Below, piece after piece: positions 9,314-18,976 of a stretch of DNA of 64,000 nucleotides. The stretch's first letter is position 1, and each line of letters opens with the position of its first letter. The translations under genes were made by a program, and so were the position numbers. Location: positions 192,001-256,000 of the forward strand of contig CAVYYZ010000011.1 in NCBI GenBank assembly GCA_963772835.1. The letters are read 5' to 3'. A model generated the notes under the pieces. The model saw only the letters and a list, made by a program, of their open reading frames with translations, ran no database searches and was not told the origin of the DNA. Source of the DNA: an uncultured delta proteobacterium (GTDB lineage Bacteria; Desulfobacterota; Desulfuromonadia; Geobacterales; Pseudopelobacteraceae).

Positions 9314-11881
9314 ATGCGCTATCTGAACCTGACTTCACATATTTCCATGTTTCTGATACTTGCCCTCCTCTCTGCCTGTGCCTCCACTGCAACTAAATCT
9401 TTCAAGGCTGCAGAAAAGCTTGAGTCCGAGGGGAACTATGAAGAGGCGATGTACAGTTATGCCGAATCCTTTAAAAGTGATCCAACTGTTAATGAGCCCC
9501 GGATCCGGTTCCTGAAAGCCCGTCAGAAAGCTGCGGACCAGCGTTTCAAACTGGGTACGGATCTGGCGGCAGCTGGAAATCATGTTGACGCACTGAAGGA
9601 ATTTCAGGCAGCTCAGGGTATTGATCCAACTCAGGATCGCTTCAGACAACAGATTGAAATTTCCACAAGATACAAAGATGCCATGATGGCATTCCAGGAG
9701 GGGAAGGATTTTGAAAAGGGTAATAAACTGAAAGAGGCCCATCAGCAATACTTCAGGGCAGCGGAATTGTTTCCCAAAAATACAGAATATCAGGATGCTC
9801 TCAATCGAATCACACAGCTGCGCAAGAGCAGGTTGGAAGGCTTCGAGCTGCGTCTGAAATCCAACAAACCGATTACCCTCAAATTCAAAGATGCCAAGAT
9901 GAAGGACGTCTTTACTATTCTGACTCAGCTTTCCGGGATTAATTTTATCTTCGACGACGGCATTAAGGACTCACCGGTTTCCATTTTTCTCGAAAATGCC
10001 TCGTTCCAACAGGCTCTCGACCTGCTCACCAACATGAACAAGCTCGGCACAAAAAATCTCAACGAAACGACAGTCCTCGTGTATCAGAATACACCGGACA
10101 AGAGCAAACAATACGATGAAATGGTTCTGCGGACATTTCATCTGAATTATATGGACGCAAAAAAAGCGATCAACCTGATCCGCACTATGATTCAGGTTCG
10201 AAAGGCGTACGTAAACGAAGATTCAAATTCGATAGTCGTCCGTGATACGGAAGATGTTGTTGCAGTGGTAGAAAAGATTCTTGATGCCAACGATATGCCC
10301 GAGGCTGAGGTCGTACTGGATGTAGAGGTAATAGAGGTCAGTGATAAAAACGCTGAGAATATCGGATTGCTGCTGAGTAATTACAATGTGCAACTAGGGG
10401 CCTTTCGAGGCAATGAACTGCTGGCAACTTCGCTCACCGGTGCTTCCACGACTCTTACATCCGGTACAACCACAGTTACATCGGGTGGCGGGACACCGTC
10501 AAATTTGATTCAAGCCTTCACATCGAAGGGTATTGGTGGCTTTATCACCGTACCGAATGCGACTTTTAATCTCGGGAAAACACTTGCCAAGGGAGAGGTG
10601 CTGTCAAATCCTAAAATACGAGTAAAGAACAAGGAAAAAGCCAAATTCAACGTCGGAACCAGGGTGCCGATTACCACGACAACTCTGAATGGCACGGTAT
10701 CTCAGGTAAACGTGCAGTATGTAGATGTCGGTGTAAAGCTCAATGCCGAACCGACCATTCAGCTTAATAATGAAATATCAATCAAGCTCAACCTTGAAGT
10801 CAGCTCGATTATTACAAAAGAGACAGTTGGCGGAAAGGACAGCGCCACAACGGTTGTGACCATAGGGACTCGAAATATTGATACGGTACTCAGTCTCAAG
10901 GATGGAGAAACCAGTGTCATAGGCGGCCTTATACAAAGGTCCGAAAGTAATGATAAAGCCAAGATATTTCTGTTGAGCGACATACCATTGATCGGGCCTC
11001 TGTTTACGAACTCAAATGCATCAAAGGACAAAACTGAACTGATGCTGGCGATTACTCCCCGGCTTGTCAGGGGAATACCGGTGCCGCTCCCCGGTCTTGC
11101 TTCGTTTGGATCCGGGAAAGAGGACCATCCGTCTCTTGACAGACCGATGTCCTCATTTGATCTTGAACCGGTATTTGAGGGAGATGCTCAGCCGAAAGGG
11201 GCTGAAAAGAAAAACGGCACTCCATCCCCTGCCGGCAGAAAACCCTTTACCATCACGCCCGGTGTTGTACATCCCGTAGTTCAGCCTCTGCCGGTCTCTC
11301 AACCTGCACAGCCACTGCAGCCGATACAACCAGTTCAAACAACACAACCAGTTCAAACAACACAACCAGTTCAAACAATGCAGCGTATGCAGCCATCCCC
11401 GGTGCCATCTGTCGCCCAACCGGCATCCGCGCCACCCGCAACACTAATACCGACGCCTGCTCCGGTTCAACGCAGTCTTCTGCAGATTGCCGCTCCATCA
11501 TCAGTCTCTGTTGGTCAGCAGTTCAGTCTGGATATCAAGATCAGCGATGTAAAAGATCTCGCCAACGCCCCGTTCGTATTTACGTACGATCCGGTTTTTG
11601 TGGATTTTGTTTCTATACATGAAGGGGCGCTTATGAAAAATGATGGCAAGCCGACAACCTTCAGCAGCAAGACCGATTCTGTCGCCGGTACAGTGGCTGT
11701 CTCGTTGATGCGGACCGCAGGGAACAGCGGAGTGTCAGGCGGCGGCGTCCTTGCGACTGCTTCGTTCCGCGCAAAAAACCAGGGTGCGGCAAACTTTGCC
11801 TTTAGAAACAGTGCATTCACAACATCGTACGGTGCTGCCCTTAATATTCTTCCCTTCAGTACGGCGGTGGACGTTCGCTGA
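9314..11881 (+). CDS. gspD: Secretin lipoprotein with N-terminal TPRs, STN/N3 domains, a Pro/Gln linker and a C-terminal cohesin-like domain
   Basis: Lipobox LSAC and TPR-like helices. Secretin signature VLSNPKIRV...LKDGETSVIGGL...DIPLIGPLF...TELMLAITPRLV. C-terminal VGQQFSLDI..FTYDP..GVLATASF. Confidence 0.9.
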   Translation: MRYLNLTSHISMFLILALLSACASTATKSFKAAEKLESEGNYEEAMYSYAESFKSDPTVNEPRIRFLKARQKAADQRFKLGTDLAAAGNHVDALKEFQAAQGIDPTQDRFRQQIEISTRYKDAMMAFQEGKDFEKGNKLKEAHQQYFRAAELFPKNTEYQDALNRITQLRKSRLEGFELRLKSNKPITLKFKDAKMKDVFTILTQLSGINFIFDDGIKDSPVSIFLENASFQQALDLLTNMNKLGTKNLNETTVLVYQNTPDKSKQYDEMVLRTFHLNYMDAKKAINLIRTMIQVRKAYVNEDSNSIVVRDTEDVVAVVEKILDANDMPEAEVVLDVEVIEVSDKNAENIGLLLSNYNVQLGAFRGNELLATSLTGASTTLTSGTTTVTSGGGTPSNLIQAFTSKGIGGFITVPNATFNLGKTLAKGEVLSNPKIRVKNKEKAKFNVGTRVPITTTTLNGTVSQVNVQYVDVGVKLNAEPTIQLNNEISIKLNLEVSSIITKETVGGKDSATTVVTIGTRNIDTVLSLKDGETSVIGGLIQRSESNDKAKIFLLSDIPLIGPLFTNSNASKDKTELMLAITPRLVRGIPVPLPGLASFGSGKEDHPSLDRPMSSFDLEPVFEGDAQPKGAEKKNGTPSPAGRKPFTITPGVVHPVVQPLPVSQPAQPLQPIQPVQTTQPVQTTQPVQTMQRMQPSPVPSVAQPASAPPATLIPTPAPVQRSLLQIAAPSSVSVGQQFSLDIKISDVKDLANAPFVFTYDPVFVDFVSIHEGALMKNDGKPTTFSSKTDSVAGTVAVSLMRTAGNSGVSGGGVLATASFRAKNQGAANFAFRNSAFTTSYGAALNILPFSTAVDVR
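11326..11378 (+). repeat. 18-bp tandem repeat (about 3 copies) encoding QPVQTT in the secretin linker
   Basis: acaaccagttcaaacaac twice, plus a third 17-bp copy, all identical and in frame. Confidence 0.95.
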
Positions 11882-12393
11882 TGAAAATATGTGCGAATCA
11901 AAATGGTTTTACCTACATTTTGGCACTTACGGTTGTGGTGATAATTGGAATCATGCTTGGTATGGCAGGTCAGTCATGGAAAACCATCAAACAACGGGAG
12001 CAGGAGAAAGAGCTTATTTTCAGAGGGAGCCAGATCAAGGAAGCGATTGAAAAATGGTATGCACCAAAACCTGGACAACATGTAGTTACACCGTTGACTG
12101 ATTTGAGCTTTCTTGTAGATGATCCACGTCAACAGCGTCCGGTTCACTGGCTGCGTCGCCTCTATGAAGACCCATTGACCGGTAAAGCAGACTGGCGCAT
12201 TATTAAAGACCCCAATAAAGGAATTACCGGGGTGGCAAGTACAAGTGATGAAACACCTATTAAAACTGATTTTACTGATATTCCCTCGCTTGTACAATTG
12301 TCCGGAAAAATGAAATACAGCGAGTGGGAGTTCACGTATGATCCGAAAAATGATAATTCAAAGAGCTACAACACGTATCATGAACGATGGTAA
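11881..12393 (+). CDS. Pseudopilin lacking Glu5 (minor/initiation type)
   Basis: Prepilin site NG|FTYIL followed by a hydrophobic helix. LRRLYEDPLTG motif. Confidence 0.8.
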   Translation: MKICANQNGFTYILALTVVVIIGIMLGMAGQSWKTIKQREQEKELIFRGSQIKEAIEKWYAPKPGQHVVTPLTDLSFLVDDPRQQRPVHWLRRLYEDPLTGKADWRIIKDPNKGITGVASTSDETPIKTDFTDIPSLVQLSGKMKYSEWEFTYDPKNDNSKSYNTYHERW

Positions 12394-12896
12394 TAGCTGA
12401 CTGTATGCTGAACATTGTAAAGAACCGAAATGGACTCTCCCTTATAGAGCTGGTCGTAACTATGACGATTCTTGGTATTCTTGCAGCCGGAGTTGTGCCG
12501 TTAACGCGTATGACAGCGCAGCGTACAAAAGAGATCGAGCTGCGCAGAAATCTCCGCACGATTCGTATCGCAATTGATGATTATAAAAGAAAATTCGACA
12601 AGATGCCTGACGGACCTCTAAAAACTGGATCCGGGTACCCGAAGGAATTACAGGTGTTGGTGGATGGTCACGATTTTGGAGATGTAAAATCCGGAAATAT
12701 AAAATTTCTTCGACGTAAAATTTACGATCCTTTCCATCCGCCCCAAAATGACAGCGATGAGCAGTGGGGCTGGAATCTGCGGTCCTCTGTCGATAAGCCA
12801 GACTCAACAATCTGGGGTAAAGAGGATGTCTTTGATGTTTACTCGATGAACGAAGGAACAGCACTTGATGGCAAATCAAAATATAGTGAGTGGTAA
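12387..12896 (+). CDS. PulG/GspG-like pseudopilin
   Basis: RNG|LSLIELVV class III signal, with GYPKEL..LRRKIYDPF..DVFDVYS. Confidence 0.88.
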   Translation: MVIADCMLNIVKNRNGLSLIELVVTMTILGILAAGVVPLTRMTAQRTKEIELRRNLRTIRIAIDDYKRKFDKMPDGPLKTGSGYPKELQVLVDGHDFGDVKSGNIKFLRRKIYDPFHPPQNDSDEQWGWNLRSSVDKPDSTIWGKEDVFDVYSMNEGTALDGKSKYSEW

Positions 12897-13365
12897 CACC
12901 CCGGTTCAGTTTTTCCGTGTACTCCTTTCAGAAGGAAAACGGAAATTCGATCGGCGTGGTTTTACGCTGATAGAGCTGATGATTGTCGTTTCTATCATCG
13001 GTATCCTGGCCGCTATCGCCGTGCCGAACTACCAGTGGGGCATCATTAAGGCGCGGGAAGCCGTTCTGCGTGAGGATCTGTATAATTTCAGGTCGGTTAT
13101 CGACCAATTTCATGCAGATCAAGGTAAATATCCTGATTCTATCGCAGAGTTGAAGGACAAGAAATATCTGCGGGAGATCCCCAAGGATCCCTTTACCGGT
13201 TCATTGGAATCCTGGGTTGTTATTGCACCTCCTCCTGAACCGTCTCCTGCTCAAACAGGATCATCATCGAGTGGAGGTAACAGTTCTCCCGGAAATGTAT
13301 ATGACGTCCATAGTGGTTCTGACCGCATTAGTTCCGACGGGACGACTCCTTATAATGTTTGGTGA
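12865..13365 (+). CDS. oxpG: PulG/GspG-like pseudopilin (OxpG-type)
   Basis: RRG|FTLIELMIV and GKYPDS..YLREIPKDPFT. Last pilin before ftsE, as recalled for G. sulfurreducens oxpG. Real start is probably the GTG at 12886. Confidence 0.8.
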   Translation: MMANQNIVSGNTPVQFFRVLLSEGKRKFDRRGFTLIELMIVVSIIGILAAIAVPNYQWGIIKAREAVLREDLYNFRSVIDQFHADQGKYPDSIAELKDKKYLREIPKDPFTGSLESWVVIAPPPEPSPAQTGSSSSGGNSSPGNVYDVHSGSDRISSDGTTPYNVW

Positions 13366-13368
13366 TCT

Positions 13369-14061
13369 ATGATTCAGCTCCATAGCGTGTCGCTTGCCTA
13401 CCAACAGGATGCATCGGCTCTTAATAATATCAATCTCAAAATCGGCAAAGGGGAGTTTGTCTTTTTGACAGGGCCGTCGGGTGCGGGTAAGACGTCTCTG
13501 TTGCGTCTACTGTACGGTGCCCTTACTCCAAATCGCGGGCAAGTACTGATCGATGGACAGAATATAACCCGTCTCACCCCATCCCAGATTCCGCTGCTGC
13601 GTCGTTCAATCGGTGTTGTCTTTCAGGACTTCAAGCTGCTGCAAAATCGTACCGTATTTGAAAATGTTGCCATAACACTGGAAGTCCTTGGATGGGGCAG
13701 GGCGGATATCGGCAAGAAGACCATGCACATTCTCAGGCAGATGGGAATTGAGTCAAAATATAATCTTGTCACTCAACGACTTTCAGGCGGGGAACAACAG
13801 CGTGTTGCTCTTGCCAGGGCTCTCGTGAATGACCCGAAAATACTGCTGGCGGACGAGCCAACCGGAAATCTCGACGATGCCAACAAAAACCAGATTCTCA
13901 CAATTTTTAAAGAGGCAAATATTCGTGGTACAACGGTAGTAGTCGCGACTCATGATCGCCGTTTGATCGAACAGAGCCATAAGCGTCTTGTTACGTTAAT
14001 CAAAGGGGAAATCGTTGAACAAGTGGAAAAAGAAGCAACCAGCGACGATACAACAATTTAA
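13369..14061 (+). CDS. ftsE: Cell division ABC ATPase FtsE
   Basis: [37 protein letters not shown]. Followed by ftsX. Confidence 0.93.
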   Translation: MIQLHSVSLAYQQDASALNNINLKIGKGEFVFLTGPSGAGKTSLLRLLYGALTPNRGQVLIDGQNITRLTPSQIPLLRRSIGVVFQDFKLLQNRTVFENVAITLEVLGWGRADIGKKTMHILRQMGIESKYNLVTQRLSGGEQQRVALARALVNDPKILLADEPTGNLDDANKNQILTIFKEANIRGTTVVVATHDRRLIEQSHKRLVTLIKGEIVEQVEKEATSDDTTI

Positions 14062-14983
14062 GCGTCCGACGCTTGCAGGTGATGGTTTTGGCGGAAGAGC
14101 TGGGTTCTTTCTCTCCCGGGCTTTAAGCAATATCCGTCAAAATGTCTTTGTTAATGTTGTAACAATTGGGACGATCACACTTGCTTTGCTGATAGTTTCT
14201 CTGTTTCTGCTTGTATTTGTGAATCTTGAAAGCGCAACAGAAAACTGGAGTGAACGGGTGCAGGTAACCGTTTATTTTGACAAGGAACTGACAATCCAGG
14301 ACCAGAGTTCGTTTCGTGAAAAAATATCTGCGCTTTCGGGGGTCTCCCGCGTCAGTTATGTGACCCGTGATGAGGCTCTCAAACGCTTTAAAGATCGCTT
14401 GCGCGGCCAGGAAACCCTTCTGGATGGTGTGCGCTCCGAGGTGCTTCCAACCTCGTTCGAGATCGCTCTGAAGCGATCCCATCGCGATACAGTCTCTGTT
14501 GAAAACTTTGTAGTTGCACTGAAGAGGATCCCGGGCATTACGGAGGTTCAATATGGTGAAGAATGGGTGCGCCGCTTTAATTCCTTCTTAAACTTTATGC
14601 GCCTGCTTGGCGCGCTTTTGGGCGGGTTTCTGGTGATAGCTGTGGTCTTTATCGTTTCTAATACGATTAAACTCACAATTTATTCCCGTCGCGACGAATT
14701 GGAGGTAATGTCTCTTGTCGGTGCAACCCGTTTTTTCATAAAGGCCCCGTTTCTTCTCGAAGGATTGATACAGGGAGTTGCCGGCTCCACCCTCGCGGTC
14801 ATACTTCTGTTTGGTCTTTATGAAGGATTTATTCACAATGCCGGCAGTTTTCTGACTTTTAATCCCGTCACTTCCGGATTGAGTTTCCTCCCTCCCGAGT
14901 ACCTGGGAGGATTGTTGCTGGCCGGCGCAGTGCTCGGTTTCATCGGAAGTCTTACTTCACTGAAACGCTTTATCAGTGCCTGA
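14015..14983 (+). CDS. ftsX: Cell division permease FtsX
   Basis: 4 TM segments plus an extracytoplasmic loop. NTIKLTIYSRRDE..VGAT..FIKAPFLLEG. Start codon uncertain (TTG). Confidence 0.92.
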   Translation: MNKWKKKQPATIQQFKRPTLAGDGFGGRAGFFLSRALSNIRQNVFVNVVTIGTITLALLIVSLFLLVFVNLESATENWSERVQVTVYFDKELTIQDQSSFREKISALSGVSRVSYVTRDEALKRFKDRLRGQETLLDGVRSEVLPTSFEIALKRSHRDTVSVENFVVALKRIPGITEVQYGEEWVRRFNSFLNFMRLLGALLGGFLVIAVVFIVSNTIKLTIYSRRDELEVMSLVGATRFFIKAPFLLEGLIQGVAGSTLAVILLFGLYEGFIHNAGSFLTFNPVTSGLSFLPPEYLGGLLLAGAVLGFIGSLTSLKRFISA

Positions 14984-14986
14984 TTG

Positions 14987-16171
14987 ATGAATAAAACGGT
15001 AGGAATATTCGTATTGCTGATGCTGATCTCACCATTTGCGTCTGCTGAAAACCCTAAAGATGAGCTGAGCGGCGTCAAAAGGGAGATCAAGGCCCAAAAA
15101 CAGCTTATTACCAAGACCCGTAAAGTTGAAGCTGTTGTCTCCACAGAGCTGAAGGGTATCCTTCGTACTCTTGAACAGAAAGAGTCTGACCTTGGTCGTC
15201 TGAATAATGACCTGCGTGGCGTGGAGACGAGTCTTGATCGTACGGGCCGCGAAATTAAAAAAGTGACCGAAGAAGCTAATAAAAAACGCCTGGAAATTGA
15301 ACGACGCCTGTCATCACTATATAAAGCGGGAGAACTTGGAGCGCTCCGGATGTTCTTTTCTGCAGAGTCGTTTCCGCAGCTGGCAGAAAATATCCGTTAC
15401 ATGAGATCGATTCTGGAAAACGATAAGCGCATTTTTTACGAGTATAACCAAAAGATCGATCAGCTCAAGCTTCTAAAGAGTGACCTGGAACGTGATGCAT
15501 TAAAAAAAGAGCGCATCAAGACCGGAATCGAAGAAAAAAAACGTGAGATAGAAAAAGAAAAAAGTAAAAAAGCCGCCTTACTTGGCAAAGTGCGACATGA
15601 TCGTAAAAGTTACGAAACCTCCTTGAAGGAACTGCAGGCCAATGCTTCCCGGTTGCAGGCAATGATTACCCGTTTGGATGCACTGAGTCGACGCAAACTC
15701 TCCTCCCGTCATGAAAAGCCGGGGTCCAGACTAAAGCCGCTTGCAGAATTACCACCTGTGCCTGATCGCGGTTTTGCTTCTCAAAAAGGGCGAATGTCTC
15801 TTCCCGTTCGTGGCGAAATCATTGAGTCATATGGCAAACACAAACACTCTGAATTCAATTCATTTACTTTCAGCAAAGGGTTGTCGATTTCTGCTGTATC
15901 GGGGGTCGAAATCAAGGTAATATATGAGGGCACAGTTATTTTTGCCGATTATTTTAAAGGTTTTGGTAATATGATGGTAGTTGATCATGGCGGTGGCTAT
16001 TTCTCCCTGTATGCCCACGCGTCGCGCTTGACTAAGAAAGTCGGTGCAGAGGTGGCTCGACATGAGACAATCGGTTTTGTCGGGGATGTCGATTCAACCA
16101 AGGGAAGTGTCCTGTATTTTGAAATACGGCATCAGGGAAAGCCGGTTGACCCGGCCGCGTGGGTTCGCTGA
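14987..16171 (+). CDS. envC: Murein hydrolase activator EnvC (coiled coil + degenerate M23)
   Basis: Signal peptide, long coiled coil, and an M23 region with HGGGYFSLYAH and LYFEIR. Follows ftsEX. Confidence 0.88.
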   Translation: MNKTVGIFVLLMLISPFASAENPKDELSGVKREIKAQKQLITKTRKVEAVVSTELKGILRTLEQKESDLGRLNNDLRGVETSLDRTGREIKKVTEEANKKRLEIERRLSSLYKAGELGALRMFFSAESFPQLAENIRYMRSILENDKRIFYEYNQKIDQLKLLKSDLERDALKKERIKTGIEEKKREIEKEKSKKAALLGKVRHDRKSYETSLKELQANASRLQAMITRLDALSRRKLSSRHEKPGSRLKPLAELPPVPDRGFASQKGRMSLPVRGEIIESYGKHKHSEFNSFTFSKGLSISAVSGVEIKVIYEGTVIFADYFKGFGNMMVVDHGGGYFSLYAHASRLTKKVGAEVARHETIGFVGDVDSTKGSVLYFEIRHQGKPVDPAAWVR

Positions 16172-16213
16172 TAACTGAATAGAATGAAGCATCAAATAAT
16201 CCGGAGGAAGCAC

Positions 16214-17599
16214 ATGAGTTTACCAGGCAGTAAAAAAACAAGAATGATAACAGGCTTTGTAATTATTGTGGCATTTCTGTCGATTTTTATCATCAGCTCC
16301 CAACGCCGCAGTTCGGCAGAGGGAAATGGGAATGATTATGAATCAATCGAGCTGTTTACAGATGTCATGTCTATTATCAAAAAAAGCTACGTAGAAGAAG
16401 TAGACACGAAAAAACTTGTCTATGGAGCAATTAACGGGATGCTTTCGTCACTTGATCCGCATAGCTCGTTTATGCCTCCAGATACCTATAAAGAAATGAA
16501 AATAGATACCAAGGGTGCCTTTGGCGGCCTGGGTATAGAAATCTCCATAAAGGACGGAGTCCTTACTGTAATTTCGCCAATCGAGGATACCCCCGCATTC
16601 AAGGCAGGAATTAAGTCCGGTGACATGATCCTCAAAATTGACGACAAATTTACCAAAGATCTGAATATCAACGATGCTGTCAAGCGTATGCGTGGCCAAA
16701 AAGGATCAAAAGTTATTCTGACCATTATGCGTGAGGGATTCGAGAAGCCGAAGGAGTTCCCGTTGGTTCGCGATATTATTCAAGTCAAGAGCGTCCGGTT
16801 CCACCTGACTGAAGGCGGCTATGGTTATGTGCGGATTGCACAGTTTCAGGAGAAAACGGATGATGATCTTGCGAAGGCCCTTAAGTCAATGAAAGAAGAT
16901 TACAAGGGCGAACTCAAAGGACTGGTGCTTGATATGCGTAACGATCCCGGCGGTCTGCTCGATCAGGCGGTCAGGGTTGCCGAACATTTTGTTCCTGAAG
17001 GGGAGATGATTGTCTATACTGAAGGCCGCGAAAAAGATTCCAAGACTCAGTTTACCGCCAAAAAAGGCAGTAAAGAGCCCAATTATCCTATTGTTGTCTT
17101 AATTAATGGCGGTAGTGCCAGTGCGTCAGAAATTGTTGCCGGCGCCTTACAGGACCACAAGCGGGCTATTATTCTCGGGACACAGAGCTTCGGCAAGGGG
17201 TCGGTTCAAACCATCATTCCGCTGTCTGATGATTCCGGACTCCGTTTGACAACGGCACGCTACTACACTCCCAAAGGGCGATCGATTCAGGCAAAAGGAA
17301 TCACACCTGATATTGTTGTAGAAGCGGTTGAATTGCCAAAAACGACTGCCAAGAAAGATTCAATGCATCTGCGTGAAAAAGATCTTGAGAACCATTTTGA
17401 ATCTGAGGATAAAGGCACAGGTGGTGAAGCAAAAAAAGATGATAAACAGATCGATAAGAAAGACGATAAGAAGGACGATAAAGCGGAGAAGGCACCGTCT
17501 AAGCTTGAAGAAATTCTGAAAAACGATTATCAGGTACTCAGGGCTCTTGACCTGCTTAAAGGGTGGGAATTGATCAAATCGATGAGTAGTGACAAGTAA
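16214..17599 (+). CDS. ctpA: Carboxy-terminal processing protease (S41, PDZ)
   Basis: LDPHS, GGLGIEI (PDZ), DMRNDPGG, SASASEI, FGKGSVQ. GGAGG SD before the ATG at 16214. Confidence 0.95.
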   Translation: MSLPGSKKTRMITGFVIIVAFLSIFIISSQRRSSAEGNGNDYESIELFTDVMSIIKKSYVEEVDTKKLVYGAINGMLSSLDPHSSFMPPDTYKEMKIDTKGAFGGLGIEISIKDGVLTVISPIEDTPAFKAGIKSGDMILKIDDKFTKDLNINDAVKRMRGQKGSKVILTIMREGFEKPKEFPLVRDIIQVKSVRFHLTEGGYGYVRIAQFQEKTDDDLAKALKSMKEDYKGELKGLVLDMRNDPGGLLDQAVRVAEHFVPEGEMIVYTEGREKDSKTQFTAKKGSKEPNYPIVVLINGGSASASEIVAGALQDHKRAIILGTQSFGKGSVQTIIPLSDDSGLRLTTARYYTPKGRSIQAKGITPDIVVEAVELPKTTAKKDSMHLREKDLENHFESEDKGTGGEAKKDDKQIDKKDDKKDDKAEKAPSKLEEILKNDYQVLRALDLLKGWELIKSMSSDK

Positions 17600-17626
17600 T
17601 AACTGATGCTCGCTAGGAATAGAATT

Positions 17627-18976
17627 ATGCGCAAGCTGCGCTTTGTTCTGGCAATGTTTGTGGTGGTATTTCTTGTTGCCGCCTCCGATTACGGGGAGGC
17701 GGCAACGCCTGTTACTATCGCACTGACCGGGCCATCTACGTATACCGTTACTGTTACCGATTTGCCTGAATCCTCTGGAATAGAACTGTCGATTTTGTAC
17801 GATACAGACACTCTCGAGTCTCCGCACGTGCAGTACGGAGGCCTGGTTGCCAGTGCATTCAGTAAACAGGCCAATGTTTCCACTGCAGGAGTCGTTCGGA
17901 TCTATATTTTTGCCTCCGACGCTATCAAGGGGACCGGTATGTTGGCAAGCATATTGTTCACAAAAAAAACCGGCACACAAGCAAAACTGAAAGGTTTTAC
18001 AGCGGATGTTTATTCCCTTGCGTACTCCAGGATACCGATAAATCCGATCATTGATGGAAATGCGGCTGCTTCAGGTCCGACATCACCTCTGGCACAGGAT
18101 AACCCGGTAAACGTTGTAAACCCATCCGGAAACACCATCGGAACCGCTACCCAAAGTTATACCGGGAATACGGCTACAAATACGACTGCAAACAGTACAC
18201 CCGGTTATACCGGGTCTATAAGTCTCTCCGATCCATCGCAACAGTCCGAACAAAAGAAAGAATCAAAAATACAGGAAAACCGGAGTGATAGTCAGTCTGG
18301 TTCCTCTCAACTGGACTCACCGATTCTGTCAGCAGAAGCGAAAGAGGCCACTCCGGCAGCAACGGCGCATGACTCAAACAATAAAGATGAATCACGCGCT
18401 TCACGATTACATACTTTTAAAGGTGTCCTAGTTCGCTTTCGTGAATACAGGGGACAAAGAACTCTCAAAAGTCTTACAGATCTGTTTGACGCACATGAAA
18501 GTAAAACTGCCGGAGTATTCCAGAGGCCTGCGATAGTTGTCTCTGACGGTAAATCCCTTGTTACAGTTTCGGTAGAGTTGCAGCATGAATCTGATGCTCC
18601 TGTTTTCTCACTTAAAGGAGCTAATCAGAAAACGATCAAGCGAATTTCTAAAAAAAAATGGGAACTTCAAGTCCTGCCTCAGAAGGGTAAGTACGATGTA
18701 CGCCTCTCAGTTCTCTTACAAGGTGAACGTATCGAATTCCCATTGGTTGTTGTTCCCGTACTCCATCTCCGGGAGGCGGTTATGGCTGATCTTTCTGCCG
18801 CTGAACTGGATGCTCTGCTGGCAAAACCTCTAAAAAACAACAAGCCGACTTACGATGTTAACTCTGATGGTAAACAGGATTATCTTGATGATTATTTCCT
18901 TGTTGCCAACTGGCTGCTAAAACACCAGCCCGGTGTTGAAAGAGATGGCAGAAGACCAGCCGTTGTCGGCAATTAA
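17627..18976 (+). CDS. Exported protein with an N-terminal cohesin-like domain, S/T/N-rich linker and C-terminal dockerin/EF-hand-like motif
   Basis: Signal peptide. Cohesin-like strands GIELSILYD..GVVRIYIF...GTGMLASILF. C-terminal YDVNSDGKQDYLDD. Confidence 0.65.
   Translation: MRKLRFVLAMFVVVFLVAASDYGEAATPVTIALTGPSTYTVTVTDLPESSGIELSILYDTDTLESPHVQYGGLVASAFSKQANVSTAGVVRIYIFASDAIKGTGMLASILFTKKTGTQAKLKGFTADVYSLAYSRIPINPIIDGNAAASGPTSPLAQDNPVNVVNPSGNTIGTATQSYTGNTATNTTANSTPGYTGSISLSDPSQQSEQKKESKIQENRSDSQSGSSQLDSPILSAEAKEATPAATAHDSNNKDESRASRLHTFKGVLVRFREYRGQRTLKSLTDLFDAHESKTAGVFQRPAIVVSDGKSLVTVSVELQHESDAPVFSLKGANQKTIKRISKKKWELQVLPQKGKYDVRLSVLLQGERIEFPLVVVPVLHLREAVMADLSAAELDALLAKPLKNNKPTYDVNSDGKQDYLDDYFLVANWLLKHQPGVERDGRRPAVVGN

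Noticed and set aside
11326..11378. CRISPR array
   Set aside because: The repeats are contiguous with no spacers, lie in frame in a gene, and no cas genes are present.
14015..14050. Non-canonical ACG/ATA start for ftsX
   Set aside because: The TTG at 14015 has a usable AAGGGG SD, so no unusual start is needed.
17436..17484. DDK/DKK repeats in ctpA
   Set aside because: A low-complexity charged linker with imperfect nucleotide repeats, common in this family.
17360..17980. Long antisense/shadow ORFs (e.g. 17360-17980, 23068-23673, 27837-28385, 50494-51168, 55074-55646)
   Set aside because: They overlap well-supported genes and have no recognisable domains. They are expected by-products of codon bias.
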